A stretch of 64,000 bases of DNA from Eledone cirrhosa (lineage: Eukaryota). Position numbers and translations under genes: made by a program. The notes below the pieces were generated by a model. It was not told the origin of the DNA. It ran no database searches and saw nothing but the letters and a program-made list of their open reading frames with translations. Numbering within the stretch: the first letter of the stretch is position 1; every line of letters begins with the position of its first letter. Where the stretch lies: assembly GCA_964016885.1 (NCBI GenBank), contig OZ024746.1, forward strand, positions 72,292,001 through 72,356,000, read 5' to 3'. Shown in pieces: positions 42,843 through 56,589 of the stretch.

Positions 42843-43242
42843 ATACCTTCCTGCCAGATGAATGAACGTCTGAAAGTATATACTTTTTTATGCATATTAA
42901 CGGCTGAGCTGCCTAATTTGCATATCGAGTGAGTTAATAGGCCGGGCGCACCGAAAACGATAAACGGAAAAAAATGAAACGAAATTTCATTTCTCACTCT
43001 TAGTACGATAGCTATAAGCTTGAAACTAGTACAGCGTTCCTTTGTCAGTGTTGAACAAACGAGCAACGATGGTTGCTAGACACTGTACGGCTTAATTCGG
43101 GATGTTTGTTTACAATCACACCGAGCCTTATAATAAATGTTCGGTGAATCCATACGTACATATATATATATGTGTGCATGTATGTATATATATATACATA
43201 CTACTGTACGTCTGTATACATATATGTATGTACGTATACATA

Positions 43243-43320
<78 letters not shown>

Positions 43321-44168
43321 ATACTTAAATGGATAGATTCTTCTTGGAGGCGGTTCTGCTAGTTTTCTGTCGTGTTTTGTTTGTGAAGCTTAAGTCATAA
43401 ATAATCATAAAAAATCTTAAACATTTATATTATTTTTATTATTTGTGGAATGTAGCTACAGCCCTTTACGTTCTGGGTTCTGAATTCAAATTACACTATG
43501 GTTATCTTTGCATTTCGTCCTTAAGAGGTCGATAAAATAATGTCACGCAGTGGTGTAGATTTAATCGATTTCTCCCACCTCCATATGTGTGGGTCTGTGT
43601 AATTATAACCAGCCAGGTTCATATTATATTCGCAAATAAGCATCTCCTGCAAATGTTCATTACGCAATATCTATATAGACTCTTGTTTATCTTCATCTCA
43701 GTACCGGTTGAATAGATGTCACTGATGAGAGGTTAACGAATCTTGAAACAGTGCTCTCTAGAATTCGCGACTGCTACTGAGATATATGTGAGATGTTCAC
43801 AGATTCTAGCAGTTTACTAGGAATAATAAAGATTTTAAATCCTTCATCGACTTTCACAATATAATCTTCCTGGTGTGAAGTGTTGTTGGCATATGTAGCA
43901 GCCATTTTTATGGTAGGTGGGATGTATACGATTAGTGTAGACTCTACCGACGGAATTTGAAATTCAACGTGTTTGATTTAAATCTCATTGGTTACGTGTG
44001 TGTTTAGTTTGTAGCATCTGCATGCTGCCAGTCTGTTTATTTTTAGGATTGTGCTATGTTAGGCTTCTGTCGTTAGTCGTCTGTGATGGAATTCTATATA
44101 GTATAGATATATTGTCCAGTATAATGTCTGTTAGTCATTAAACAAGTATATAAAGAAAAGAAACTCAC

Positions 44169-44199
44169 CGGCAAATGAACTCTGAAGCTTCGGCATCAC
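44169..44199 (-). CDS. Exon 5, 31-nt microexon (VMPKLQSSFA)
   Basis: atcag acceptor, GTGAGT donor; supplies the required phase 0->1 link. Confidence 0.72.
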
Positions 44200-44951
44200 C
44201 TGATGATAGAGGAAAATAAGTTGTTGTTGTTGTTGGTGGTGGTGGTGTTCTTGGTGGTTGTGGTACTGTTGTTTAGCTACAGGTCAGCCCAGATCGAGCA
44301 ACCTATGACAAAAGGTAATCCAGCTTTGGCCACCGTCCCATATTTTGTTCAAATAGTGTATCTATGACTGTAATATCTGGAGTGTTATTTGAGAGACACA
44401 CAGCTGGATTTTTTTTCTAGCAGCTGTAATGATCGCATTCATGTTCTCAACTTCTCAACTCCTGGAGATACCCCGTCATTTTTGACGCTAAACAACAATA
44501 ACGAAGGACACATTAGGTTATGTAGTCCGAGATACAGTGTTTCTGAAAAAATGTATGAGATCGTTGCGTTTGTAACACCATTGATCATAGGTTATACTTG
44601 ATCTGGGCTTTTATGTCTACATGGGTTAAACAATGATTTCTCATATAGGCACAAGGCCAGCAATTTTAGGGGAGGGGAAAGTCGATTAAATCGACCCCAG
44701 TGCGTGACTGGTACTTATTTTATCGACCCCGTAAGGATGAAAGGCAAAGTTAACCTCGGCGGGATTTGAACTCAGATCATAAATGGCCGTAACTCTATGC
44801 TGCAAAGCATAGCGTCCGATCCTCTACTGATACTGCCAATCCATGGGTTAAACAATAACAAGTAAACGTACTATATGGGCATAGGTGTGTATGTATGAGA
44901 ATGTGTATGTGTGTGTATTTGCATATATATATATATACATATATACATATA

Positions 44952-45158
44952 CCGACATCCAGAGTTGACATTGCACTCAGTGCTCCTTTGGGAGCCCCTA
45001 CATGGACACACTAGAAGAGGAAGACCAAGGTTAACATATGTTGATGCCCTAAGGACAGACACTGGTCTGTTGGAGATGCAGGATATGGCAGCGATAATGA
45101 GGGACAGAGACCGCTGGAGAGAACTCGTCCATGGATCTCGGGAATTTTACCCGCCTTA
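44952..45158 (+). mobile_element. Short RTE-type 3' end; second copy at 55795-55980 (-)
   Basis: [24 protein letters not shown]. Confidence 0.7.
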
Positions 45159-45167
45159 GATAGATAG

Positions 45168-45383
<216 letters not shown>

Positions 45384-45803
45384 TTTGCAAGGTTTTTTAT
45401 ATGAAATCGTGTGTTGAAACAAATATTGTTATACTTGGGGTGGGTCATATTGTTATAGTATTGCCAGAAATAATAATAAAACACACTCACTGTTTGGTTT
45501 GGATTGGTTTTCGCTTCTGTAAAGTGAAAACCAATCCAAACCAAACAGTGAGTGTGTTTTATTATTATTTGGCGGTGGATTGGCAGTATCGGTAGAGGGT
45601 CGGACGCTATGCTTTGACGCATAGAGTTACGTCCCTTGCCATTCTGAGTTCGAATCCCGCCGAGGTTAACTTTGCCTTTCATCCTTACAGGGTTGATAAA
45701 ATAAAGTACCAGTAATGCAGTGGGTAATTGCCGGCCTTGTGCCAAAAAGTAGAAACAATTATTATTTCCGGCAATATTATAACAATATGACCCTCCCCGA
45801 GTA

Positions 45804-45851
<48 letters not shown>

Positions 45852-45857
45852 TGTATA

Positions 45858-45926
<69 letters not shown>

Positions 45927-45970
45927 AAGTTAAATAAAAGTCAAATGATTAAAATTTAGCTTCGTTTATT

Positions 45971-46025
45971 ACTGCTATATATATTTCAGTGACAGCCATC
46001 TTTGGCTGTGACCTCTTCAGGCAGT
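45971..46025 (-). ncRNA. Type I hammerhead (sense to host gene)
   Basis: Reverse complement of 46134-46188 with one loop II change. Confidence 0.83.
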
Positions 46026-46133
46026 TTGAATTAGTATGGTATAGACAAGTACATATGTTGTTGAGGTGTATAATATTGTCAATACTCTGATATGCTCAGT
46101 TCCTATGTACTTGTCTATACCATACTAATTCAA

Positions 46134-46188
46134 ACTGCCTGAAGAGGTCACAGCCAGAGATGGCTGTCACTGAAATATATATAGCAGT
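46134..46188 (+). ncRNA. Type I hammerhead
   Basis: ACTGC-CTGAAGA-GGTCACAGCCA(GAGA)TGGCTGTCACT-GAAA-TATATA-TA^GCAGT. Confidence 0.86.
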
Positions 46189-46335
46189 AATAAACGAAGC
46201 TAAATTTTAATCATTTGACTTTTATTTAACTTTAATTTTACACTACTCCGGAGTAACCAAACCAACCTGCGCACTTCGTCGAGTGCTCCAGCCTGCATAC
46301 TGAGGTGTTGGTATACAACCAACATAAACTCAAAA

Positions 46336-46408
<73 letters not shown>

Positions 46409-46409
46409 C

Positions 46410-46517
46410 CTTTTCCAATGACATCTGGCGGCTATTGTTCCCGCCACTACTTTCTAACATTTTCAAAACGGTGGATGTGCTACAGCTGTACTGGTAGAAT
46501 TTAGCTAAGTGTGGTAA
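46410..46517 (-). CDS. Exon 4 (LPHLAKFYQY...QMSLEK)
   Basis: Pyrimidine tract + cacag, AAG/GTAATA donor, 108 nt phase 0-0. Confidence 0.8.
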
Positions 46518-46587
46518 CTGTGGAAGAGAGAAATACTTATAAGACTGACAATCAAACATAGAAACAAGCATTTACTGGATAAAATCT

Positions 46588-47050
46588 TCTGTTGACTACG
46601 AAGGGTTTCTCCCTGCGTACGAAAGGCCGGTTATATGATGCCTGTGTGAGATGCGCGATGCTGCATGGTAGTGAGACATGGGCACCAACTGCAGAGGATA
46701 TGCCACGGCTGGAGAGAAATGAAGCAAGCATGCTCCGCTGGATGTGCAATCTCTTGAGAGAGAAACTGTTATAAGAGGGATAAGTTGTAGTGTGCGAGAG
46801 AGAAGACTGCAATGGTGTGGACATGTGATGCGCATGGAGGGTGATCCCTGGGTAAAGAAGTGCCAAGAAATCCCAGTAGAAGGAAGACGCAGTGGAGGAA
46901 GACGACGAAAACCATGGGCGGAGGTGGTGAGAGCAGACCTCAGAACGCTGAACCTCACAGAGGAGATGACGAAGGAGCGTGACAAGTGGAGAGATGATGT
47001 GTTGAATAGGACCCGTTCCACCCTTGCAAACAGGGAAAAGCGGACGTAAA

Positions 47051-47083
<33 letters not shown>
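46588..47083 (+). mobile_element. RTE-like LINE 3' fragment with (GAT)n tail
   Basis: LYDACVRCAMLHGSETW; ERRLQWCGHVMRME. Confidence 0.8.
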
Positions 47084-47084
47084 C

Positions 47085-47154
<70 letters not shown>

Positions 47155-47256
47155 TAGCTGACCCGTCCGGCTGGCGCCCGGCTACCAGTGGCGTGTTCTA
47201 CGGCATCCATATATATATATATATATAGCTGACGTACCTAGCTTCGCTTCGCTGTG

Positions 47257-47547
47257 TAGTATAGTATTACTGTTGAAAATATATAGTATAGTATTACTGT
47301 TGAAAATATATAGTATAGTATTACTGTTGAAAAAATATAGTATAGTATTACTGTTGAAAAAATATAGTATAGTATTACTGTTGAAAATATATAGTATAGT
47401 ATTACTGTTGAAAATATATAGTATAGTATTACTGTTGAAAATATATAGTATTACTGTTGAAAATATATAGTATAGTATTACTGTTGAAAATATATGGTAC
47501 AGTATTACTGTTGAAAATATATAGTATAGTATTACTGTTGAAAATAT
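47257..47547 (+). repeat. 27-bp minisatellite (ATAGTATAGTATTACTGTTGAAAATAT), ~11 units
   Basis: Visible period. Confidence 0.95.
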
Positions 47548-48308
47548 GTACACGAATATATTATTATATATATAGATATATAATTAATTAAAAGTTGGTT
47601 AGAAGCGAAGTCAATGCAGACAGGCAGACATACAGACAGATATTATAAGGGCGCGACGTTATAGTTATGTATCTATCTAAAAAGACAGAGTAAGAAAGAG
47701 AGAGGAATGTCGTATTATATACATTATATATAATAAAGTACCAGTAATGTACTGATATATATAATTGCTGGCCTTGTGCCAAAAGTAGAAACAATTATAC
47801 TTCTTTTTTATACAACTGTAAATAACATGTTTATGTATGTATATATACGTATATATACGTATAAAGGAATGCTGTAATAAAATGTACAAATTAAACTGTC
47901 TCTATGATACTAACACTATATATATATATATATATATATATACTCACTCTATATATATATATACATACACACACAGATAGCGAAGTCAATGTACAGAATG
48001 GTTTTCATAATGTAGACATACAGAGACATATTACAAGGACGCGACGTTATAGCTATGTATCTATCTAAAAAGACAGACTAAGAAAGAGAGAGGAATGTCG
48101 TATAACCGGAAGTGTTGACATTTGAAAATTTTAAAGAAGTGAATATTTAAATAAACCATAAAATATCTTCAATCTTTTAACGAAATTTAGTAGACAAAAA
48201 TACCCTCACTTTCTTACTTGGAAAAAGTTACATCTATGGTGCAAATTTGGTGCCATTTGGTCCAGCCGTTTTGCGAAAAGTTTGTTACATACAGCCGTCA
48301 GCTTTATT

Positions 48309-48411
<103 letters not shown>

Positions 48412-48439
48412 ATATATATATATATATATATATATCGTC

Positions 48440-49255
48440 ATTCGGCAGCCTCAGCCGAAACCGACTCAACAATTGAACTCCAAGTGAGTCTATCGTTCAT
48501 TTCCGCTGCCAAATCCTAGATTTCAATACCAGAATCTCTGAATATGACATCGGGATGGAAGAGCTTGCGCCCCCTATTATTAGTGACTGCTTGTAGTTTC
48601 CAAAGGACTAATGGGGACACAGCCTCATAGGTAGAACGATGGCAGTGGCCAGCAAATCTTACTCTCCTTTTACGTACAGCGACAGATATGCGTGGGAGGC
48701 CGGCATATATTTCTTTCAAAGTCAGATGTCGCCAGCTTATCTTCTGAATGCGTTGAAGCAGGCGAGTGTAGGTGCCATCAAGGCGCTTTTGTTGTTTCGA
48801 TGAACGCGTCCATGTTTCACTTCCATATAGCAAGATTGGTTGAATTGTTACTTGAAAGAGTCTGATTTTTGTGCGGTTGGAAAGATTTGAGTGCCAAACT
48901 CGATCGATCTTGTTGCAAGCTGACCATGCTTGGGCCTTTCTGGTGGCAAAATCTTTCTCAGAGTCCATGACCCAGGACCCAAGATACTTGAAATACTCGA
49001 CTTATTTGATATCACTGCCGTTGATTGTTTTATGGTGTTACCTGTACAGTTTTATATGTACTCTGTTTTACCCTCGTTGAGATGAAGGCCAACGAGGGCG
49101 GCTGCTTCCTGGAGATATGCCAAACGTTGTTGCGCATTTTCTAGCCAATCTGCAAGAAGTGCAATATCATCCACAAAGTCAAGATCAGTGAGATGTTTAG
49201 AGGGATGCCTAGAGCTCATGTGAGGTTTGATGGTTATACCTTTGTTATTGATGTT
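48440..49255 (-). mobile_element. RTE-type LINE fragment
   Basis: DLDFVDDIALL, KYLGSW, LLYGSETW, RFAGHC. Confidence 0.85.
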
Positions 49256-49257
49256 GT

Positions 49258-49390
<133 letters not shown>

Positions 49391-49401
49391 ACACACACAC
49401 T

Positions 49402-49450
<49 letters not shown>

Positions 49451-49761
49451 GTTATTCCGGGTTGAATCGGAGGTAACCACAGTAAGGTACTCAATACATT
49501 GCAGAGTATAAAAGTTTTAATATAGATGAGATTCTACAGGACTAGAATTGTTTTATTCTTTAGAAATCATCAGGATTCCTGATGATTTCTAAAGAATGAA
49601 ACAGTTCTAGTCCTGTAGAATCTCATCTATATTAAAACTATATATATATATATATATATATGTAAAAGTTCTATTTAAATTGTTGGGATACAACAAGCAA
49701 ATATTTTTATAACTGATATAAAGCACTCAACAAATATTATTTATAAAACTGCTCTATATTA

Positions 49762-49826
49762 TATTTTATCTGATGAAAGCACACCATAATTTAACTTGGT
49801 GTCTTTGAAATATGTATAATGAAATA
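49762..49826 (+). ncRNA. Type I hammerhead (same family as 3333 and 24050)
   Basis: TATTTTAT-CTGATGA-AAG.ACACCA..TGGTGT.CTT-GAAA-TATGTA-TA^ATGAAATA. Confidence 0.85.
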
Positions 49827-49866
49827 AATATGGTTTTATAAATATAGTTTCCATTTGTTAATATCG

Positions 49867-49898
<32 letters not shown>

Positions 49899-49934
49899 GG
49901 TGGGGGTGAGGGAAATGTACGTGTTTATACTTAC

Positions 49935-50114
49935 AATCCTTTCGTAGGTGGGAGACAGAATTGAATCATCTGACCAGTTAGCCATCACGTTTTCCATGTC
50001 TTCTATGAAACTCTCTATTTCAGTTACCAATTTCGGAAGCACCGTAAACATATTATCAACCTTTATCTGATCCGTGTCACAAGTAACTATAGTCTTTTCA
50101 AACACATTTTTACT
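49935..50114 (-). CDS. Exon 3, DH domain (SKNVFEK...DNMFTVLPKL...NWSDDSILSPTYERI)
   Basis: ttctag acceptor, GTAAGT donor, 180 nt phase 0-0; resembles BCR ETIFFKVPEL...QQWS. Confidence 0.88.
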
Positions 50115-50232
50115 CTAGAAACATAAGATAAGACATACGTATATATGTGTGAGCGTGTGTGTACGTGTGTGTACGTGTGTGTGTGTGTGTGTGTGTGAGC
50201 GTGTGTGTGTGAGCGTGTGTGTACGTGTGTGT

Positions 50233-50268
<36 letters not shown>

Positions 50269-50296
50269 GTGTGTGTGTGTGTGTGAGCGTGTGTGT

Positions 50297-50403
<107 letters not shown>

Positions 50404-50458
50404 CGTGTGTGTGTGTGTGTGTGTGTGTGTGAGCGTGTGTGTACGTGTGTGTGTGTGC

Positions 50459-50622
<164 letters not shown>

Positions 50623-50874
50623 GCGTGTATGTGTGTTTATCTATATGTGTATATGCCTATTCATATATGATTGTGGCGGCGCGTATGTATGCATATATGT
50701 ACGCTCATATGTATGTACGTATATATGTATGTACGTACGTATATATGCTATGTGTGTACGTTTGTATAAACGTAAATATGGATGGATGGAAGGATGAATG
50801 GATAGATGAATGATGAATGAATGGATGGATGGATGATACACGTTTTTCATTCGAGTTCGAATCTCCGATTTTAC

Positions 50875-51069
50875 CTGCTTGAAAAGTTTCATGCATGCAA
50901 GGTCAGCTTTTCCGTTGGCTATTATCTTTTCCATGACCACTTTTCGTAATAATATTATATCATCCTCATTCACTAGCTCTAACTTTACTTGGGCCCCATC
51001 TTTGAGGTCACCTCCTTGTTTTGTTGTTGATTCACTTGTCTTGACTTCATTCCATTTTACGTTGTCAGC
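50875..51069 (-). CDS. Exon 2, start of DH domain (ADNVK...LRKVVMEKIIANGKADLACMKLFKQ)
   Basis: tttaag acceptor, CAG/GTAAAA donor, 195 nt phase 0-0; resembles BCR MRKWVLSGILASEETYL. Confidence 0.85.
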
Positions 51070-51503
51070 CTTAAAATATCGAACAAAAGAATAGTAAATC
51101 ATTGCGAATGGAAAGCTGTGTAATACTGCATTGCAATGAGACATTGACAGTGAATGAAGAGGATATGCGAGGACGAAACAGGAATGAATCGAGCATGCTT
51201 CGATGAATGTAGAATGTTAAAGCAAAAAAACCTATAGGAATGTGTGCAAGGGTGAAGATTGCGCTAGCATGTAATGCCTACTGATGATGATCGTTTGGTA
51301 AATAAGTACCAAATGATCCCAGTGGGATGAAACGGTTGAAGTGGTGGGTCTGACCTCAAATGGTAGAACCTCACAAACAAGATAACGAAGGATTGCGGCA
51401 AATGGAGGACCATGTGCTAAAGAAGACCCGTCCAACCCAAGCAAACATGGAAAGATGAACGTAAAACAGAAGCGGTAATGATGATGATGATAATGATGAT
51501 GTT

Positions 51504-51560
<57 letters not shown>

Positions 51561-52041
51561 CCCTGTAAGCTATATTCGAGAGATAAATAAATAGAGTTAA
51601 GAGCCAATCGTCAGATCAGACCTATTTCACTATTGGGGTTCCCATTGCTGATGCTATCTACCGATTACAAATAGAGTCAGGATTATCGTTTGCTTGAATC
51701 CGTTTTTCAAAGTTTTGCACGGATTCAACCAAATCCGGGGCTCGTTCCGGTTTCGTAAGCGTTAACTAGCTGAGAGTACAAGACGCCAATCCGTCGCAGC
51801 ACTAACTTTTACTAGCCGCTGTTACTCATTTTAAGCTGAAATAACTAGATCAACGTGAAATTAAGTACTTTGTCCAAAGACACAATACCTCATCAGTTAG
51901 GAAATGGAAGTCACGACTTCATGATCGTGAGTCCAAAACCCTAACCACAAGTATACCACCCTCCAAACTAGCCGTACTCAATGTTCTGATATATGGACTA
52001 GATGTTCCCTTGCCCTCTCAAAAGAAACTCAAAGTACTTAC

Positions 52042-52230
52042 CAATTTTACATCGCCTTCGTTCATGTTGAAATAATGAGTTGAACAATGACTTGCCTCAG
52101 CTTCTGATTTCGCATTTATATTTTCGGGACTCCATGTATCTATAATTGTCTTATCTATGTTAAAATCGTAGAAGTTGTCTAATGTCATCTCATAATTTAT
52201 CTCCTCCTGTTGATGTTTAAGCGCTGCCAT
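52042..52230 (-). CDS. Probable first coding exon (MAALKHQQEE...EGDVKL)
   Basis: ATG-initiated 63 codons ending at GTAAGT donor, phase 0; no recognisable homology. Confidence 0.65.
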
Positions 52231-54284
52231 ATTAGTATCAATTATTATTTATTATTATTATTATTTCTATATTTTAGTTTTTTTGTTTTTTTAAAATAAT
52301 ATTTTATGATCCTTTGCATAAACAATTCTTCGTGAGTTTTCGTATTGCAGCTCGTTTTCTCCCTTGTTTTAGTTGTAAGTAACTGTGTCGATGGTTCGAA
52401 TCATAGCGAAATCAAAACTGGAATTGTTAGATAAGAGAAACTGTTTAATTATTAACCACAAAAGGATACTCTTTCACTTCTTTTTCCTACATTAGTTAAG
52501 TACTTAGAATTCATTTCGGTTTGTAATCATATGATTTAAGTATATATGAATGAATGGATGTATGCATGTGTGTGTGTGTATGTATGTATGTATGTCAGGT
52601 CGCTCTTCAGCGCTACTGGTAACATGTAACCCAGTGCAACATGTGCATAGTCGTGGCGCCGGTGACTAAACCGGCAACCCCACCAAGCTTGATTGGCGAG
52701 GAGAGTGATTTGGACATCCTGCGAGATGAAAAACAAAAGGGCAGAGGAAATCAGGAGGAAAGTCAACAGCCATCCAATAAAGTATGTGGGGACAGTAGAG
52801 TGAGAGGCCCTCTAGTCTTCATTAAGATATGAAGGAGAATGACACTTTGATATAAAACCTGCGACTTCGTGTGCATCCAATGATGTAGACCAGTTCTACT
52901 GTTTGTGTAAATGCAATTGATTTCAGAGAGTGGAATTGGCCTCGTGCAAAGCCTTTCCTTAACAAAGCTTCAAGCACAGGCATCGCTTGATATGTGATAT
53001 GTTTTTGCGATACATAGCATTGCTAGCCATTGGCAAGTCCCTTACAAGACTAAAACACCACGTCCGTGATGCTCATACTTAAGTATCAAGTGATGGCATT
53101 ACTCGAAATCAAGTTGCAGCCATCATGGGTGGCTGTAAACAGGGCTGAGTGGTTATGAAGTTAGCTTGGTAATCATGAGGTCCAGGGTTCAATCCCACTA
53201 CGGGGCTTCTTGAACAAGTGTCTTTTCCACGGCAATGATTAGAGTCTCGACTTGTGAGTGAAATTGGGTAGACCTATTCGTTATACTGATTCGGCTTGGG
53301 AATTACGCTTACTGTATACGGGTCTGTAGAATACTCAACAACTAACAAGATGGACTGTTACTGCTACTACTCCCACCTCCATTAATACTCAGCAACTAAC
53401 AAAATGGACTGTTCCTGGAATTCAAAGGTACATCCTTGTCATACTGATTCAGCTTTAAAATTATGTTCGGGGTACATTGTCTGCGAAACAGTTAGGCACT
53501 TAGATGTTAATTCACCAGTTTCATGTCCAGTTGATCAATCGACTGAATGCTCATCGTGGAAACTAGTGGAGGATCCATCATATCTGATGAGATGTATTGG
53601 AGTGCTAAGACAGTAACCACTACAAATAGCAAACGAAACTTCAGCTCTACCACCACCACCATCATCACTATCAGTAACAACAACAACACTGCTAAAGCCA
53701 TCACCATCATCAATAAGAGTAAGAAGAAAAAGAACAACAGCAGCAGTAACATGAATAACAATAACAACAGCATAGCTTACCAGTTTTTGCTTCCAGCATA
53801 ACGGAAGAGAATTATTAAAGAATAAAATTATAATTTTAAAGAATACATAAATACATTATTTTAAATAGTCCCCTGAAATAAAATAAATCAAGCCAACGAA
53901 CGACTATGAAACGCCGGAAGTGATATTTCGAACTTAGATGAAATACTCTTCAAGTGATAAGAACGCCAGTTCAATTTTTTCTCTTCGTTCTCTTCATTCT
54001 AAGCGGTTGATAAGTACACATCCATTTGAACAAAAAAATATTTTATGGTTTCTTTAAAGAATCGTATCTTTATAAAATGGATAATTGTGGCCTCTTGTAT
54101 TTACGTTTCTGGTAAGTTGTATTACTAACATACATTTTCAACATCACTTTAAATACTTCTATCGTGTCTCCCTGTTTGCTTTTTATTCTCTACAGTTGTA
54201 AATTCTAGGTTTTATACATCAGAGTAATCTACTATCCTTTACATTTTCAAGTTCTTTCATTAATTTAAATACTGCCATGTCACT

Positions 54285-55310
54285 TTTTCAGAAAGTCTTG
54301 CAGATCAGTTCTAGAGTAGCTCATGATGGCCAGATCGTCTGCATACCTAAGATTTTATATGATTTTATCTCCTATTTGATAGCCAGAGGAGCATTCTTCT
54401 TCAGTTTGGTAGATAAGTGCAGCTATAACTATACACCGTGTAGTTCCTAAATCTGTTTTGATATATGCTGTTGAGTTGGTGTAAGTTTCTTTCAGTAGGA
54501 TGGTGTATTTTTTGTTAATTGAGGTCTTGCTTAAGAGTTGTCACAAGCTGGGTAGTTTCATGTTGTCAAAAGCGTTTGTGAATGTACTGGCCAAACATTC
54601 ACTGGAGGCTGGCTTACACATCAACATCTCCAAAACAAAGTGTATGACAACTGATAAAAACAATGCTAATCTCCAACTCACAATTTACAACCAGCAAATT
54701 GCTTAAGTTACGGAGTTTGTATACCTCGGTCACAAACTATCATCAAACAACAATGGAATGGATGCTGCGCAGTATCGCATCACTCTAGGTCAGGCAGCTT
54801 TCAACAAGAACAAGGAAGTACTAAAATCAAAACGGGTTTCCTATCATTTGAAGGCTAAGATCTTCGATACTTACATCCTACCAGTTGTGTTATATGGTCT
54901 TGACTGTGTTAATTGGACGACAAGGTCACTTCAGAAGCTCTCTACATTCCAGAACCACATCATGAGACATGACTGGCAAGCGACTCAGCGACCGTATCTC
55001 TATCAATGAGCTGTTCAACATTACCAGACTTAGACCAATTACATCAATTGTCAAGAGTACTCAAACTATCGGTCATATAAAAAGATCAACTCGTGGTGCG
55101 AGTAGGTTATGCCTGGAAGGATGGTTGGCTGGTAAGAGAAGCAGAGGCCGGCAGCCAAAACGATGGCTTGATAATGTCAACTTATGGACTGGACTTGATA
55201 TTTGCTCTTTGAATTCTGCTGTTGGTGATCGAACTTTGTGGGGAAAATATCTCATGTTGATGCGCAGTTTGCAACTGGTGGAGTTTAGTGTCAAAGAAGA
55301 ATGTCACTTT
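54285..55310. mobile_element. RTE-type LINE with inverted 5' part
   Basis: Minus strand ~54570->54290 encodes ..LRYADDLAI..; plus strand from ~54573 continues FVNVL..GLHINISKTKCM..FVYLG..LYGLDCVNW. Confidence 0.78.
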
Positions 55311-55382
55311 TTACCGTCTTTAAAACTATAATTCCCATGTTTTTTATATCTTTCTTCATGAGACAAATTTCTGAAGAGAGAG

Positions 55383-55484
<102 letters not shown>

Positions 55485-55719
55485 GAAATGCAAAGAAAGT
55501 AAAAGTTAAAGAGACTAAGATATATTAGAGATAGACAGATGAGTGAACAAATAAGAAATTATATAAAACACAGATCGATCTAGGAACATTACCTGCTTGG
55601 ATCATGTTGTTGCTAGGTTACAAATTGACTCACCACAATAGATTTGAACAGTGGATGGGGATGTGAAATACATAATGTTTAACAAATCATACAAATTTGT
55701 ATTTCACTTTCTCCTCCAC

Positions 55720-55783
<64 letters not shown>

Positions 55784-55997
55784 CATATATATATAGGGCG
55801 GGTAAAATTCCTGAGATCCATGGACGAGTTCTCTCCTGCGGTTTCTGTCCCTCATCATCGCTGCCATGTTCTGCGTCTCCAAAAGACCTGTGTTTATCCT
55901 TAGGGCATGCATCAACATATGTCGACCTCGATCTCCCTCTTCTAGTTTGTCCGTGTATGGGCTCCCACAGGAGCACTGAGTATATATATATATATAT

Positions 55998-56088
<91 letters not shown>

Positions 56089-56119
56089 GGGATATAAAAT
56101 AAAGAATAATACAACTCTC

Positions 56120-56580
56120 TAGAAAAATAACTGATTATATTTCTAAAAAATACAGAAAAAATAGTTTTGTTTTAATATTTTTAAAAATTATATCAGACAA
56201 ATAGCATCCGTCGTTGACAATATATTGATGGAGTCCTTCCTGGGAGTTCTCCATGAATCTCCGAGTCATCTCAAGTAGAATTAATTGCTTCAAAAAGTTT
56301 GCGAGGAGAGAGAAGCGGTCGTTCGTGGAGTTCATGAGGATTATGTTCAGCCCAGTTGCGAAAATTCTGCTTGTTTACGATTCCATTAATATGGAAGTCA
56401 GCCTCATCGATACTCAGAACAGCTGCAGCGGGAATTTGTTCAAATATTTGCCCTTCCTTACGACTCTGCGGTTGGCATGATCTGTCTCAGTTAATTCTTG
56501 AATCAACATCATTTTGTAAGGATGCAGTTTCAAATCGGCATACAGAATCCTCCTCAAATTCCGACTTGATATCCCTAGTC
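56120..56580 (-). mobile_element. Internally deleted Tc1/mariner transposase relic
   Basis: SIDEADFHINGIVNKQNFRNWAEHNPHELHERPLLSP and a mariner-like C-terminus. Confidence 0.65.
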
Positions 56581-56589
56581 CCTAACATG

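Noticed and set aside
43715-43765. CTGATGA...GAAAC motif
   Set aside because: Helices I and III do not form convincingly.
55580-55680. Candidate 5'UTR exon or promoter of the ABR-like gene
   Set aside because: Donor-like motifs alone are insufficient without transcript data.
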